From Tubiluchus corallicola (lineage: Eukaryota > Animalia > Priapulida): 64,000 nucleotides of DNA. The position numbers and the translations under genes are program-made. The stretch covers positions 1,240,001-1,304,000 of the forward strand of contig JAQGDQ010000009.1 in assembly GCA_030141605.1 (NCBI GenBank), written 5' to 3'. Of this stretch, positions 13,101 to 26,323 are shown in pieces. Within the stretch, counting starts at the first letter, position 1. Every line of letters starts with the position of its first letter. A model generated the notes under the pieces. The model was not told the DNA's origin. It searched no databases and worked only from the letters and a program-made list of their open reading frames with translations.

Positions 13101-15945
13101 CTCACGTGAAAAGTGTCTTAATGATTGTAGGACATATAGCTGATATTAAGCACTGTATTACAAAAACAATCCCAAAAACAATTGGGATTGTTTTTGTAAT
13201 ATCACTTCAGGTCTATGTGATGCGCTGTATCATAGATATTGCACTGATGCAGGTCTACAGTAATTTTGTAACCTTGCCCAGAGTTATTAATACATTTTGA
13301 TTACATACAGCTATTGATTTCATCTACATACTAATATGAATGACTTGTTCATGGTTTATTAATTTAGATTTCACGATCGACCAGCAAAGCCTTAGCCACA
13401 TCAATGATACATGAGCTACAAGGTCTGGAACCCAAAGAACTGCTTGTGAAAAGTTCAAATATAGGTTGGTTACCATTTGGTTTAAGTCATTCGGATGTAG
13501 TTTATTTATTTTTTTTACTTTTGTTTACATAAGAACGTAAAGAGCTGAGTATTTGTGGCAGTATTATAACAAATGCATCTGTGCTTTGCAGTGTGTTGCT
13601 AAGCTTTGATTCTGTATATTTGTTTTAACTGCATTGTCATTTATGCAGCTAAGTCACCAATATCCTACATTTATCATTTCCAAATACGTCGTATTTCCAA
13701 TGCACCATGTTGTTACAATGACTTAAGTGCTTGTTTGTTTTTCAGAACTGAGTACTACCAGTTTTGAAGTCGTAAAATCAATGGAAATTCTCTCTTTGTA
13801 CGAAACCTGGGTTTGGACAAATGACTGCGTAATTCGTAACTTGTTATGGCCATGTTTACAGCATTGGAGTCACAAAGCTAAGCAGTCCAAAGAAACTACG
13901 ACGAAATCTCATTTACACTGTGATGAACTTATTGTTGTGGTATTTAAATTGATTGGTAAGCTTTGATATTGTTTAATGAAATCACACATGTATTTTTTTC
14001 TGCTGTGTAATGTACTGCTAAATAAAACTAAGTTTTAAGGTTTAATGGTTTTACCTGAAATGTCTAATAAATTTTTTCCCATGTACTGGCAAGGTTCAAA
14101 TGGTCCAGAAATGTGGGGCATCCTTTCGTTTCAGATTATGTCAGTGAGACCACTTAAATGATACAAAAAAATTTGGTACACTTTTGCAACAGGGTAGCGA
14201 AACATTGTCTCTGAATCACAACTCATTAACCTTTCTCTGCAAAACTAAGGTTATTTCATAAAATTTTAGTAGTTGCTCTCTGAGCTTCAAGTTTCAAGAT
14301 AAAGGCATACTATTTTCTTGTCAGGCTTCAGCTAAAATTTCCAGTATGATGTACATTTATGGACAGACTTTGTCAGGTAGCCAAAAAATGTGGGATCCAA
14401 TAACGTCTGTGGGCTGCTAGCCTGTTATTGCACTGTGCCTCATTATGCGCCAAATGAAATTTTGCGGTGTTGAATTGTGTCAATTGAGTTGATGTTGGAG
14501 ATTAATGATCACACAGAAATCAAAGTAGATATTATACGTCAAGTTGATTCCGGACTATTGGGTTGCCCATTTTATGCTACGTTTTGTATCATGTTTTAGT
14601 AACATGCCCAGTTGTTTTTATAAAGAAAACTGTATGTAGCACACTAGCAGCATTGGGAAGCTGCGAAAATAGTCAGCAAAGGTAACTGAACAAGTTGTGC
14701 TTCAAATCGTACATGAAATTTTCTTATATCAAAGAAGGTACTTAAAAAAATTTTCTTCACAGAAATTTTGTGCATGAGCTAATGAAGGTTTATCATATGG
14801 TAAGGATACTGCAATCTCATTTAAAATTACAGTTTTGTCATTATGTCTTGGATGCCAGTCTATATCATTGTTTTCTGTGAATTCAAGTTTAAACAATACA
14901 TGGTTTCTTACTGCATATTTATAAACTTAGTTGTGCATTCTCATCAATTAATTACTTGTTGTTTACACAGGTGTTCTTGGATTATGCTGTCCACCTGAAT
15001 CGAATGGCTCTGCAATTCAGCTACTCACGATTCTAAAATCTATCCTGAGTGAATTGGAAAAAGATAAAGAAGCAGGTATTGTTAATTGCTTTTATTATTT
15101 AATAATATGTTTGCTTTGGCCAATTTGTAAATTCTTATATGTTGTCGTGCCCTACTGTTTTCTTACTGATATTAATTATATTTGCATGAGGCCTTCCCGT
15201 ATGATGAGCATACGTTCCAGCATTGCGCAGTGTTAGATGAAACATTTTAAAATGGAATCATACTCGTTTTAATGAAAAACATCCACATACATGTAAATCA
15301 AACATTTTATGATTTTTACTGCTTATTTTTATATCCTATTTTTAATAAACATTAGGTAGTGATTATTTTGTTGTAATTTGTGTTGCAATTTGTTAGATTT
15401 CAAGCTTAGGTTTGCATTTAGTTTGCATGTCTCATGGATTTTTTATTCTACTATGCATTTTCTGCTTAGTATTGTGGCAGCATAGTTGTGCATGAAAATG
15501 ATAAATGTCATTACGGTACGGCTGTTGCACAGATTGTACAGATAGTATTCTATCGCAACCAGGGCTGTGTGTTCTATACTCCCAAGACAGCTACTTAGTT
15601 TAAACGTTTTTGCATTTTAACAGTACAGAGTTAAGTATGGTCAAGTCACATCGATTGTGATATATTTTAATTTATTTTTTAGTTCCTTGGATAGTGCAGC
15701 TGAGTGTGATCGAAGCAAGCTTGCACTTGGCACCATTTGATGCTCATCAAGCTGCAACAATTTGCATTATGTGGAATAAACTACACAACAACGTATTACC
15801 ACCGCCTCTCCTCGCACAAATGAGACACTTCTGGCTTATGTATAAAGAAAAGATACCATATGTTAGCGAACGAAGTATACTGCCGCCACACATTTTTGAT
15901 AAGAGATCGATGTGGTCTTGGGATCATATGGAACAAGACACATAA
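4137..15945 (+). CDS. ICE1: Little elongation complex subunit 1 (ICE1/KIAA0947)-like, about 1686 aa
   Basis: Frame-consistent exons: 4137-4152, 4210-4292, 5085-5202, 5746-5888, 6031-9424, 9843-9976, 10289-10432, 10906-11000, 12308-12465, 12937-13037, 13368-13464, 13746-13955, 14971-15075, 15683-15945. C-terminal motifs CRVYVAICRLDGNVERARVLCYDLL, WVWTNDCVIRNLLWP and VPWIVQL, plus the PLSPLPPSP motif, resemble ICE1. A large disordered middle exon is also typical. The true start is uncertain. Confidence 0.85.
4850..4960 (+). mobile_element. Probable LINE/SINE 3' tail fragment
   Basis: GTCTTTTGCCACCCT...GAGATGAATAAA; a related motif (GTCTTTTGCCACCCT...GAGATAAATAAA) lies on the minus strand at about 24945-25025. 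Confidence 0.4.
9425..9842 (+). other. U12-type (minor spliceosome) GT-AG intron in ICE1
   Basis: Donor GTATCCTTTT at 9425; branch point TTCTTTAAC at 9822-9830, 10 nt before the AG at 9841-9842; no polypyrimidine tract. Splicing keeps the frame (KNI-F-MESTVRY). Confidence 0.9.
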
Positions 15946-17046
15946 TGATGTCATCACATGACTTAGTCTCTGCATGGTTCTACCATGTTGATGGAAAAGT
16001 TTTGCAAATTATTTTTTATGATCATTGCAATTAATGGTTTCTTTTTGCAGTGAACAAAAAGCATCACAACTTTTGCTACTATGTGGGCTACTGTTGCAGA
16101 ATTCAACGGAACATGAATATTCAATAGGCTTAGCTTGGTCAATTATATTTTGTATGTATTAAGTTTATTTTTTATATGTAATGTGAAGTACATGTGGTAC
16201 CTTATCAGATTACTGAATACTTCTCAGTTTAAATTGCTGTTAGTATAAAGGCTAAGACAAGGGTGATAAAGTGGTTGCATAGTTTCAAGTTGTGAGTAAT
16301 GTTCGTCTAGAACATCCATGTTAGTAACACAGTACATGACAATGTATGAGTAGTTACCAAGTTATATTTGGTACTCGGTTGTGTTCGGCTAAAAATCACT
16401 TGGTTCATGCTGTTCAATTTGAGAGACAACAAAAAACTGTCAATTAATTATGTAGCGGATAAAATCCAACTTTTTTATGTCAGTTACAAAATAACTAAGA
16501 TTAAATAGAAGAAAAGACTTCAGAGATATTCTAAAATGCTGTATAAATTGAACAGTTATGACATTACATTTGTATTTAACAGATTCTTGTAGGTAAAACT
16601 GTAATTTTAACCTTAAAGTTTGAAATGTGATTTGTGAGTTTTTTATGCGCAACCTGTTAACTTGAAAATAAGCGCTTTGTCCATATTAAGATATTTGTTA
16701 TTTCTAAACATTACTATTGTAAATTGTGGTTATTATGGTGCTAATTGTTTTAAAATAAGATTATTTTTCTACACTGATCATGTTCCATTGTCATTCTTTA
16801 ATGGATAAAGTATATTTGTATTGAATATAAACATTTATTTACATTTTACAAACTGATGTACGTCGGAAAAAAGACGTGAAAAAACAATAGATTCGATAAG
16901 AAAATACAGTCTCAATGAACAAGAAAATATCAGCGATAAGATTATCAGTAAAATGAAAATTTGTGCAAAACAGCAAATTTTGGTTAAGTTAACAAACCTG
17001 ACAGTCTTTTTGAATGTTTCTGACTTTTTAACACCACATACTCTTA

Positions 17047-20000
17047 TTAGCTGATGGTGGAAAGTGCCGGAAATGGATTCTGCTTGCTGACCACAAGTTT
17101 CTGGTGTTGGTGAGATATGTAACCTTTGATTTTTCCCTGCAAAAGGCAATTTTACAAGCATTGGCTTTGTTGGAATGTAGAAAAATACACGAGTACGCAA
17201 TTTTTTTTCCAAAAAACGAGCAAGACACAGCTAATTGATAATTGTAATATTTAAAAAATGAAAATTTTCAGAAAGATACTGAAGCATCTAATGAGTAGTA
17301 CCTCAAAGATGAGATTAGCAATAATGCATTCTGCTTCGTCAGCATCTATATCAGGTATAGCAGGTCGTAAAGCTACAACAAATGCATCTACTGGTAATTG
17401 ATGGGTCTTTAATAGCAAATACCTGGAAAAATAATATAGTTACCAGCTAAACCCTGCAAAAAGAAACAAACTCACACCACAGTAAACTACCACCCCACTC
17501 ACAACACACCACCAACACCAAACCATTATGTAAATCAAAATGCTATAACAACACAACATCTACGAAGATTCACACATGTATGCTTCTACAATTTTACATT
17601 TTATGTAATTTTAGTTAGTTTGCCTGGTTTAACGTTATAACATATATGTGAACATTACAAATGATTCAATTCACCATGTTCGCTGCAATGTTACGAACTG
17701 AAATAACATTTTATTTACAGTAATTTTACAAATGTATCAATCATATATTTATTCATTTTCATTCTCGGTTTTTCTTATTCATATGCAAAAAGTTACATTA
17801 TTATTAATTAATCATGTTCTACAAAGCATTTTTTGGCGTTCACCACCATAGAAGTTACGTATGACGAAATGACGGTAAGTAGTCCAGTAAACTTCACTGT
17901 TTACAAGTACGCAAATTATTCCTTATATGAGATGGGATGAATAGTGTTTCCATGAATGGTGGGTGAATCATGGGTTCAGTACTCACTTTAGGGAGTTTCA
18001 TCTGGTATACTGGGCTGTGGACTGTTTATCTCGTAAAGAAAAAATGTTTGTTGTGGCTAAGATACCTCTTTTAGCCAATCTCAGAGAGTTGTCCTTGATA
18101 ATGAGCCAAACTTTGACCTCCATACAAATATATTACCGTCGAACAGACGTGGCTATTGGCTTACAGTGATGAGCGAATTCAATAATAAAAACACACTTAC
18201 ACTTTCTTGCACAAGTTTCTGTAGGTGATAATTTTGCATTTTTCTAAGATCAGGTAAATGCCACACTTTATGAAGAATGCTTCTTGTTTGTCCAATGCTT
18301 CGTTAACTTGCAACAAGTTGCCTTCCCTGAATATACATAAGCATTCATAAAGCAATTAAATACAAGAAGCATGGCACTGCATTATTATATGCACAAGACT
18401 AGTTCTCAAGTGCTAACTACTGCACTAGTTAACATAGTGCCAATTACCGGAAATTGGGTGAAGTAATGAAAGTGCATAACAGCCTATATTTACTAACAAA
18501 TTTAGAAGCCGAAATTTAAAGCCAAGCAGGCTGAGCTAGTTCACACCTTTTGTTAATCTTAATCTGATGCTAGAACACACCCAAAAAAGTAAGTACATCA
18601 ATAGCAGTCAATGATGACTACGACAAAAGCACACACGTATAACTAAAGCACACATGTATGAATGTATAATGTACATGATTTAACGAGTGCACAAGTATAA
18701 GAATAAAAATTGTTTTCTTAATGCTGCACTTTGAAAACACATACACTACAGATATTTAGTTAGCCCCGGTAAATATGTCCCTGTACACCTCATTATAAAC
18801 AAACAAACAAAATCCTTATAAAAAAACATAAAAAACTAGAAACTTGCTATACTTGACGGCCTTGACGACATCTGCGAACTGCAAAAGATCATATTTCCTC
18901 AAAAGAGCAAGTGACGGCATGTAACCCTAAAAAATGTCAGTATGCAGGTAAGTAAAAGATCACAATTCATTATGTGGTACTTTGATCAGATAATTACAAT
19001 TGTGACTCAAAATGATTAGTAATTAACATAGTCAGACACAGACCAATAAGAAAACAATGCAATTTTTTCTTACTAATATTTCACATCTATAAAGCACAGA
19101 TGGGAATGGACATATCACTCAGGGTAAACTCTATAACCATATGACAAATTCAAAAACTGGGTTATGATAACTGATTACTCTGGCCATCTCTGACTGTGAG
19201 GGCAACATGTCCAATATAAATCTTGAAAGCTTTGAAAAATGGCAACTGCTGTCTGCTAATGACAAGTAACTCAAGCAACAGTTGCTTAAAGAATAAAAAA
19301 ATTCTTACATAAAGGTAAACAAATGTTATTGGAATTTGGTATTACTTAAATTTTTATTAGCAATAACACTGCACAAAATTTGTAAATTTAAATTCCTGTA
19401 CTGACAGTTAAGCGCAGCCTTTTTAATTGCCAATCATTGAGTAAGGAATTGAAGCAACTTTAGATAACGTAAAATTAGAGAAAACAATCAGAGCATTCAC
19501 AGTGCACACTTCGCTAGCTAAGGAAAAGTATGAATTACTTTATCTTGTCAATAAGATTAATAATATGGTTTTTGGTGAGTCAGTGACTTTTTTGGTGAAC
19601 ACAAGCATAATAAGGTAGTGACGTTTTACCAGCTGGTGCAAACATTTTACGAGAATTTTCTTTTAGAGTTACACATGACTTTCAAACAGGTAAGCATAAT
19701 GAGAAGTAATATGATATTCTAAAGAGTTTTTGAGACATACTCTGAAATTCTTCTAAAGGTTTTTCTTCTGCTTTAAGTTTAGTAGAAGAGCTAACTCCTA
19801 CAGCACGACATGAATAGTGAAATTTGCTGCATTCAAAGTAGTCAAAGTCAAAAGAACTACAAACATGTTAAGAAAACCTACATTACTTCCACATTACAAA
19901 GTGGAACCACATTCCGAGTCATGAGGAGGACCAAATTCGGGTTTTGGCCGCTTTCTAATCTACTTGGCCAGGAGTTGGCAGATGCATAGCATCGCATGAA

Positions 20001-23000
20001 CAATAATACTAAAGCCGAACATTTGTCCTAAGATACACTATTTTTATAGTGACCATTGATAAGATTGAACTAAAATAGTTGAAGTATAATCATTTGTAAC
20101 AGTTTAAAGAATGGTATAAAACAGTTCTTTACAAGATCAAAGACAACTAGAGAATAATATTATTTAGGTACTCAAATTACGTAGCCCTGCATTCTAACAA
20201 TATTTAGTTTAATTCAAGTTCATACTATTACAATGCACATCACATCAACATATGCACACACACGCATGCACTCACACATGCACACACATACAAACACACA
20301 ATAGGCAACACTGTAACACCACTATTGATTAATAAAAGCTGTACACAGATATTAAACAAATTCAAGGTAAATTCAACTCAAGATGAAGATGTATGTTAGA
20401 ACACACAGATAAACTATAACTAATTCTATGGTATTATGTACGCACCAGTAACATTTTTACAGGAATGAGATAAATGAGGATAAGACGTTTGTTTCGTCGA
20501 CTTAGTATATGACAATGCTGGAATGCATATGACAAGTACTCTTCAGCTGCAAATAAAAAAGAGTTACTGAAATTACTGACAGATCTGATAATAAATAAAA
20601 ATAAGTATGACAAATGCATGACTATGAAAAATCAGCACATTTTAATGACAATGAGTCATGCAAAAAAAGCTGTCAGTTGAAAATCTCATGTTCTCCGATT
20701 CATTTTAAAAAGGGATACATTTCACAATAGAAGAAATAAAATATCTATGTTTCTTGACTGCAAAATACATAGGCTCTCAGGATAGCTTTTTGCAAATTTT
20801 TTACTTACTTTCACTAGCTGTATATTAATGCAGTTATACTTTTGCGCAATTATTTTACTCAAGTTTACCAACTGCACTGATACTTGTAAGGGTACCTTTC
20901 TGTTATAATAATTGTTAAGCATCACAACTCGTCTAGAAGACTAAAATTATCCTGGCCAAAACATTACATTATCAAAAAATGATACACAAACCAACACTTT
21001 GGCAAAGAAGTTTACTCACACTAAAGTATTCAACTGACATTTGCAGTTTCTATGACCATTCAATTTAACTGAGCCTGTTAAGGCAGTTCATTGAATTACA
21101 CAACCAAGTCCTGGAATATCCAGCCAAACACCATTAAGCCTTGGTAAACACTGTACCTTAACAATTGAACAGTTACCAACCCCACAATTGAGGGCTGCGA
21201 CAGAGGAACTATGTGCTGCAGAGAAGTGGAGTCTAAAGAAATCCGTCCCAAACAATACTGAAGGCTGTAAAGAAGGCTAAGGAATACATCCCAAGTTACA
21301 AAAGATGGTTGCTGACAGAATTAGAGATAAGCCACAGGTGAAAAAAGTATAAACACATCTGCTCTGTTAAAAACAGACTTCAAAAGAAATGCCGATGATG
21401 ACGATTATAACAAAGATGACAACGACGACAACCAAACAAACATAACAATATGCGCTCACCTGCTTTAAAATCGCTATCAAACATTGCTTTTCTTCCAACG
21501 TAATACCGGTAAGTAATTTGCTGAGATAAACTAAACTCATCCTTATAGTTAGAGTTGTCGACAGCACGAATCAGTGGCTTACATAAATGCAACTTGTTTA
21601 TCTACAAAAAATTTGTATAACTATCAGCAAATGCATGCAAGTTTTGTTTACTATTAAATCTCAAATAGATTCCTAAAAATAATGCCATTAAAAGAATTTA
21701 TAACTGGTCACTGCGATACTTGATAATACTACATACAATGTGCCCTTTATTACAAGATTACTTCAAGAATAAAAACAGGAAATTCAAAAGGTATAGCAGA
21801 ACTAATTAAATCAACAAAAGGAGCCTTTAAAGTTAACTAAAATGCAAACCTTAAAATAGATTTTAAACAATTGGTTTATCAGATTCAACATTCCCCACTT
21901 TTTGGAATCTTGAGGAGCAGCTCGACTAAATAAGAAAAAAAATCAAAAATCAATAATTAAACAATTTTATCAGGAAAACTAAATTAACGTGTAGCATTAG
22001 TATTATATCGTAAGTAGTGGCACTATAATCTTTTTAAGCAATGTCGCTTTACCAATAAAGAGAAAAAAATGCCAGAAACAATTTTCTCTAAACTAACTTT
22101 GTTCTAGAAAAACTTTCTGAATGTCCATAAATATTGGTGAAGTAACGACTTGTTCTTCTAATCACACAAGGATACTATAAACATACCGGGCAAAAGTTAA
22201 TGTTTTATTGTGCATAAGTAGATTTACTGCAAAATTCAGGTAACAAACCTGTCACTGGCACATATTCGAAAGGCTCCCATCAAAACATCAGCAGCCTTCT
22301 CAAGAGTTTCACCTGGTTTACCCCGTCCTTTCTTTGTCAACTGAATATCAGCCTACATACAAAACCAACATACAATATACATACATTTGGCATATTGGCA
22401 TGCTCTGTTGTCTGTTTTGGCCACCTTGTGGCAGTCACATGTCGGTTCGATCTGAGTCAGTGGTCTACTAAATTTAGTTAAGACGTGTCGTGATGAGTTA
22501 ATAAGATAATGTCATTATCTGTCTACAATTACTCACGATTTGGGGCTAATAATGTATGTATATCCTTTAATTACTCTAAACATAAGTTATTTAGTTAAAT
22601 TGCAAGTTAGATATTAATTATTCTGATACTGTAGTGTATAACTGTAAATTATGTAAAATTGACCTTTTGGTTAATCTCAAAAAAGAAAGAAATGGACAGT
22701 AAATGATGAGCAAATTTCATAATCAAGGCGTCAAAGACTTTATTTCGCCTTAAAAACCTAACAGGTTTAGTAGAGACTGTTGCACACACAGATTTATATG
22801 CTAATACGAATCAAAATATATTTGCAAATTAGTCTAGAATAAATTTCTTGTATATTAATATGTATTGTACCATTTGAGTACATAACAAATAATAAAAAAA
22901 CAGATATCCAAAGTTCTTGTAATTATGACATAATTTTTGTTTTAGATCATTTAAATATTCTTATAGTGAAACTACTTGTACATAAAAAGTTTACACCAAT

Positions 23001-26000
23001 CAGACTGCAGAGTAAAGCAGACTTATACTTACACTGTTAGCAAACAATCGCAAATCAAGGGTAACAGCAAACAATATGGGCAGTGACCAGTTTTGATCCT
23101 TTTGAGCTTGCAGAGCTTTGCAAAATGATCTGATTACAAGACGTCAAGAATAACAATCTTTTATTATAATACCTATGAAGCAAAATTTCTATGTCACAAA
23201 ATAAATTGCATAGGCAAATTTTAAAGCTTGTAATGGTGATACTTTCTTTCATTAACCCTCTCCAGCGAAACTGTCTCGCATTTTTAACTTGAAATTCATG
23301 TAACCAAAGCTTAGGCAGTACTACTTCAAAATAATGTGCTGCCACCGACGTTTCAATTCTTTTATTATTATCACTTTACTCAATTTTTCATTCAGGATGT
23401 TCCCTTGGTCTGTGCTGCTCTCTTGGTCAACAGGAGTAATTTGTACTTAAGAAGTAGACATACTCTGACGCAACATTTTATCAAGGGCATCCTCACAACT
23501 GTGTAAGTGCAGCATCAATTCCGTACTCATTTCAAAGTTATAAACAATCACAGCTACACTGGACCACAAGGATGCACTTATAAGATACATAAAGTTTAAA
23601 AAGGATACTGTACAACAATGGTTTGGCATGCATAAGCTTCAACAAAATCATGATTTGCAACAGCATACGTACACCTGAATAAAAAAAGTTTGTAGTTTAG
23701 TTTAGCCTCTCAATTGAAAATGAATTTAATTAAAAAACAAATTACATGAATTTCACCTGATGTGAGCTGCCACCATTTCATCATATGGAGGATCAAAAAA
23801 TCTTTCCACAGCTGATTCTGGATTTTGCAAATGTAGTTTTCGACTAGCTATGTGAGGATGTCTAAAGCTCAGAAATTCCTGCAACCGAAAAGTAGATTTG
23901 AGTTTTCCCTACTAATAGACATGTAGCCTGAGTTTTAGACCAACAATCTAATGCAAATATCATCAATAATAAAACAGCATAAAAGTGGAATCACAGAAAA
24001 GGCAGAAACAGTTGCTAAAGGTGTATAAGAGATGTGTTCCTACAGCAATGACGGTACAAATTAATAACTAATAAATTTGACAACAGAAACTGTACAAAGC
24101 TGGAACATAGCAGATGGAATAAATTTTGGACTATTTTGATCACTACCTGCTATTACGATACCAAATTTCCAGTGGAACACGATAGTCTAGCAAGTTCTGT
24201 AAGTCGTCTGCTTTGTAACCATCAGGTCAATGGTTCAAATCTAGGTCGTCATCCAAATTTCCACATTATTTGTTTTTCAAGTTTGGTTTCAAATTAAATT
24301 AAATGTGGGTTGTACTATTAGTAATATTAATCTGGATATTACGATTATAATTAATTAATAACAACCATGCTCCTAGAAAAACAATCAAGTCTAATAACCA
24401 TTAAAACACTAATAGCAGGATGTATACAATACTGTACAATTTCTACTTACGGAGGCAGTAAGGCCATCTTTGTCATCAATAAGCGTCTGCAACTAGAAAA
24501 GACCAATATAATTATCAAATTACACTATGCAATATACAAATCGCAATACTAGCAGGCCTAAATTGCTTCTACTTTTATTTCAATTAAGATAAATATATGC
24601 ACAAACAACTACTTGTAACAATGCAACAATAAAAATTTCATACTACACCTTTTTGTAACAGAATCAAGACAAAGGCTGAAGCAACAATCTGTAAGGATGC
24701 CAGGCAGCAGGGATGGCCGATCCCGATCATACAATCGGCGACCCGGCCCCGATAATTGTCTCATAGGTACTTCCTGACTGTCTAGAATCGGATACGTAAA
24801 AAAAGCGGGACACACTTAACTGATCAATTTTGTTTATTTTTCCTTTTTTTAAAGAAACTGACTAGTTTGCCTTATATTTTTTAGAAGTGGTAGTACACTT
24901 TTAATAAAATACCAGCACAGCTTATATTCAGATACGGAATTAGTTTATTTATCTCCTGTAATTATACACAATAAATAAGTACAGAGATAAAAAAAGAGTA
25001 CAGAGAAAGGGTGGCAAAAGACGCCATGCAGGTTTTAGTGAAAGCAGATTTATGTTCAGGACTGTCAATGATTGGTTTACATCAGCCTCTGTTCCAGTCT
25101 AGGAGGCACTTAGCTCTAAGTGCAAGAGTTATTTATGTGCTTGCATAGCAAATCGTCCATAAGTCAGCAGTTAAGCTTTTCTAGTTATTTATATAACCTG
25201 AATCTCCGTTTCATAAGGATCATTTTGATACCAAGCACATCACTCTATATTATTTCTAAGCTGAGATAATCCACATTGAAGTTGAGGTGCACGTTATGCA
25301 CTGAAAAACGTAATCTTGGGAAAATTGCAGCTAAAGTCAGCCGTTTTTTTCTGTCGTGTCTCTACAAAACACCTAGCAACCGTACAGAAGTGTGGTTGCC
25401 ATGGACTTTGCAAGAGCACATTGACGTTATGTTTAAATCTAGTAGATGGCTCTTCCTGACGAAGATTTGGGCTTGTCAACAGAAAAAACACGAAGCAAAA
25501 TCAGAGTTTGAAAATACAAGTTTTTTACAATTACAGTACTAGATTCTAGCCAGAAAAGTGGGTACGTAGTTATAAAATTAGATTTTTAGAATTTTTTGGA
25601 CATTTTATTGATAATTTGATGCTAGAATATAAAAGTTCAATATATTTATCATTTGTTTTTATAAAAAATAAAAAATTAACAACAGACCAAAATTTGGTAC
25701 ATTCTACTTTGACGCATCATAATGTAAATATAACTTTGCCGACTTATGGACGGTTTTGGTTTGCTAGCACACATTTAGTCTTGTAAAGCTGTCTTTCTTT
25801 ATATCTCAAAATTAGTTCTCAACAACTTTCTTACTTTTAGGGCTTGGTTAATTCTGACATTCGCCTCCTTTAATTTAACTGTATTATCAATATATAAATA
25901 ATCAATTGCAACATTACTTGCACTCACTCTTTCATTTAGTTCTTCACGTTAATAAATGTTCTGTAGTGTCTTCACTGTTTCCACATAATGAGCATTTGAC

Positions 26001-26323
26001 ATCTCCTTTAAACTTATTTTTATAACTCGCTTTAACTCTGATCTTTTTTATTTACACTCTGTAATTTCATTAACTGTTTTTTTCTGCACATTCTACAACA
26101 TATTTCATTGGCTTACCCCACTGTCCTACTCTATTACATAAAAAATGCAGCGTTGTGCAATTTGAGGTTAATAAATCATTCCCTAAGTGTTAAACAGTTA
26201 GCAGCACCAGTAAGTAAAGTACTATCATGGCTATTTTACAAAATAGAATCAAAACCAGACTCTAAAAAGTGCGTAAAGTAAAAATACCTCACTCAAATAA
26301 TCAGTCAGACTGGGCTGCGCCAT
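17047..26323 (-). CDS. PCID2: PCI domain-containing protein 2 (TREX-2 subunit), 398 aa
   Basis: Exons (minus strand): 26288-26323, 24451-24492, 23757-23878, 23609-23674, 23033-23129, 22249-22352, 21850-21925, 21460-21601, 20446-20546, 18853-18926, 18201-18326, 17302-17422, 17047-17136; 1197 nt, in frame. Peptides [55 protein letters not shown] and [20 protein letters not shown] closely match PCID2. Confidence 0.97.
19420..19790 (+). repeat. Dispersed repeat family, copy A
   Basis: AGAGCATTCACAGTGCACACTTCGCTAGCTAAGGAAAAGTATGAATTACTTTATCTTGTCAATAAGATT...GGTGAGTCAGTG recurs, diverged, at about 32430-32770 (+) and about 40930-41070 (-). Boundaries are approximate. Confidence 0.8.
23130..23608 (-). 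other. U12-type GT-AG intron in PCID2
   Basis: Minus-strand donor GTATCCTTTT at 23608; branch point TTCTTGAC at 23150-23143; AG at 23131-23130. The join reads CQTIVVQ|SFCKAL, collinear with PCID2. Confidence 0.92.
24170..24330 (+). mobile_element. Degenerate tRNA-derived SINE fragment
   Basis: A-box-like TAGTCTAGCAAG and B-box GGTTCAAATCT at 24232. The downstream body (CCAAATTTCCACATT...TTTCAAGTTTG) is shared with the copy at 48415. Confidence 0.55.

Noticed and set aside
22558-22568. ATATCCTTT, a U12 AT-AC donor-like motif
   Set aside because: It is on the plus strand inside an intron of a minus-strand gene, with no plus-strand exon or matching branch point.
25195-25255. Possible box C/D snoRNA in PCID2 intron 1
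   Set aside because: Box C is imperfect (GTGATGT), and I found no properly placed box D or terminal stem.
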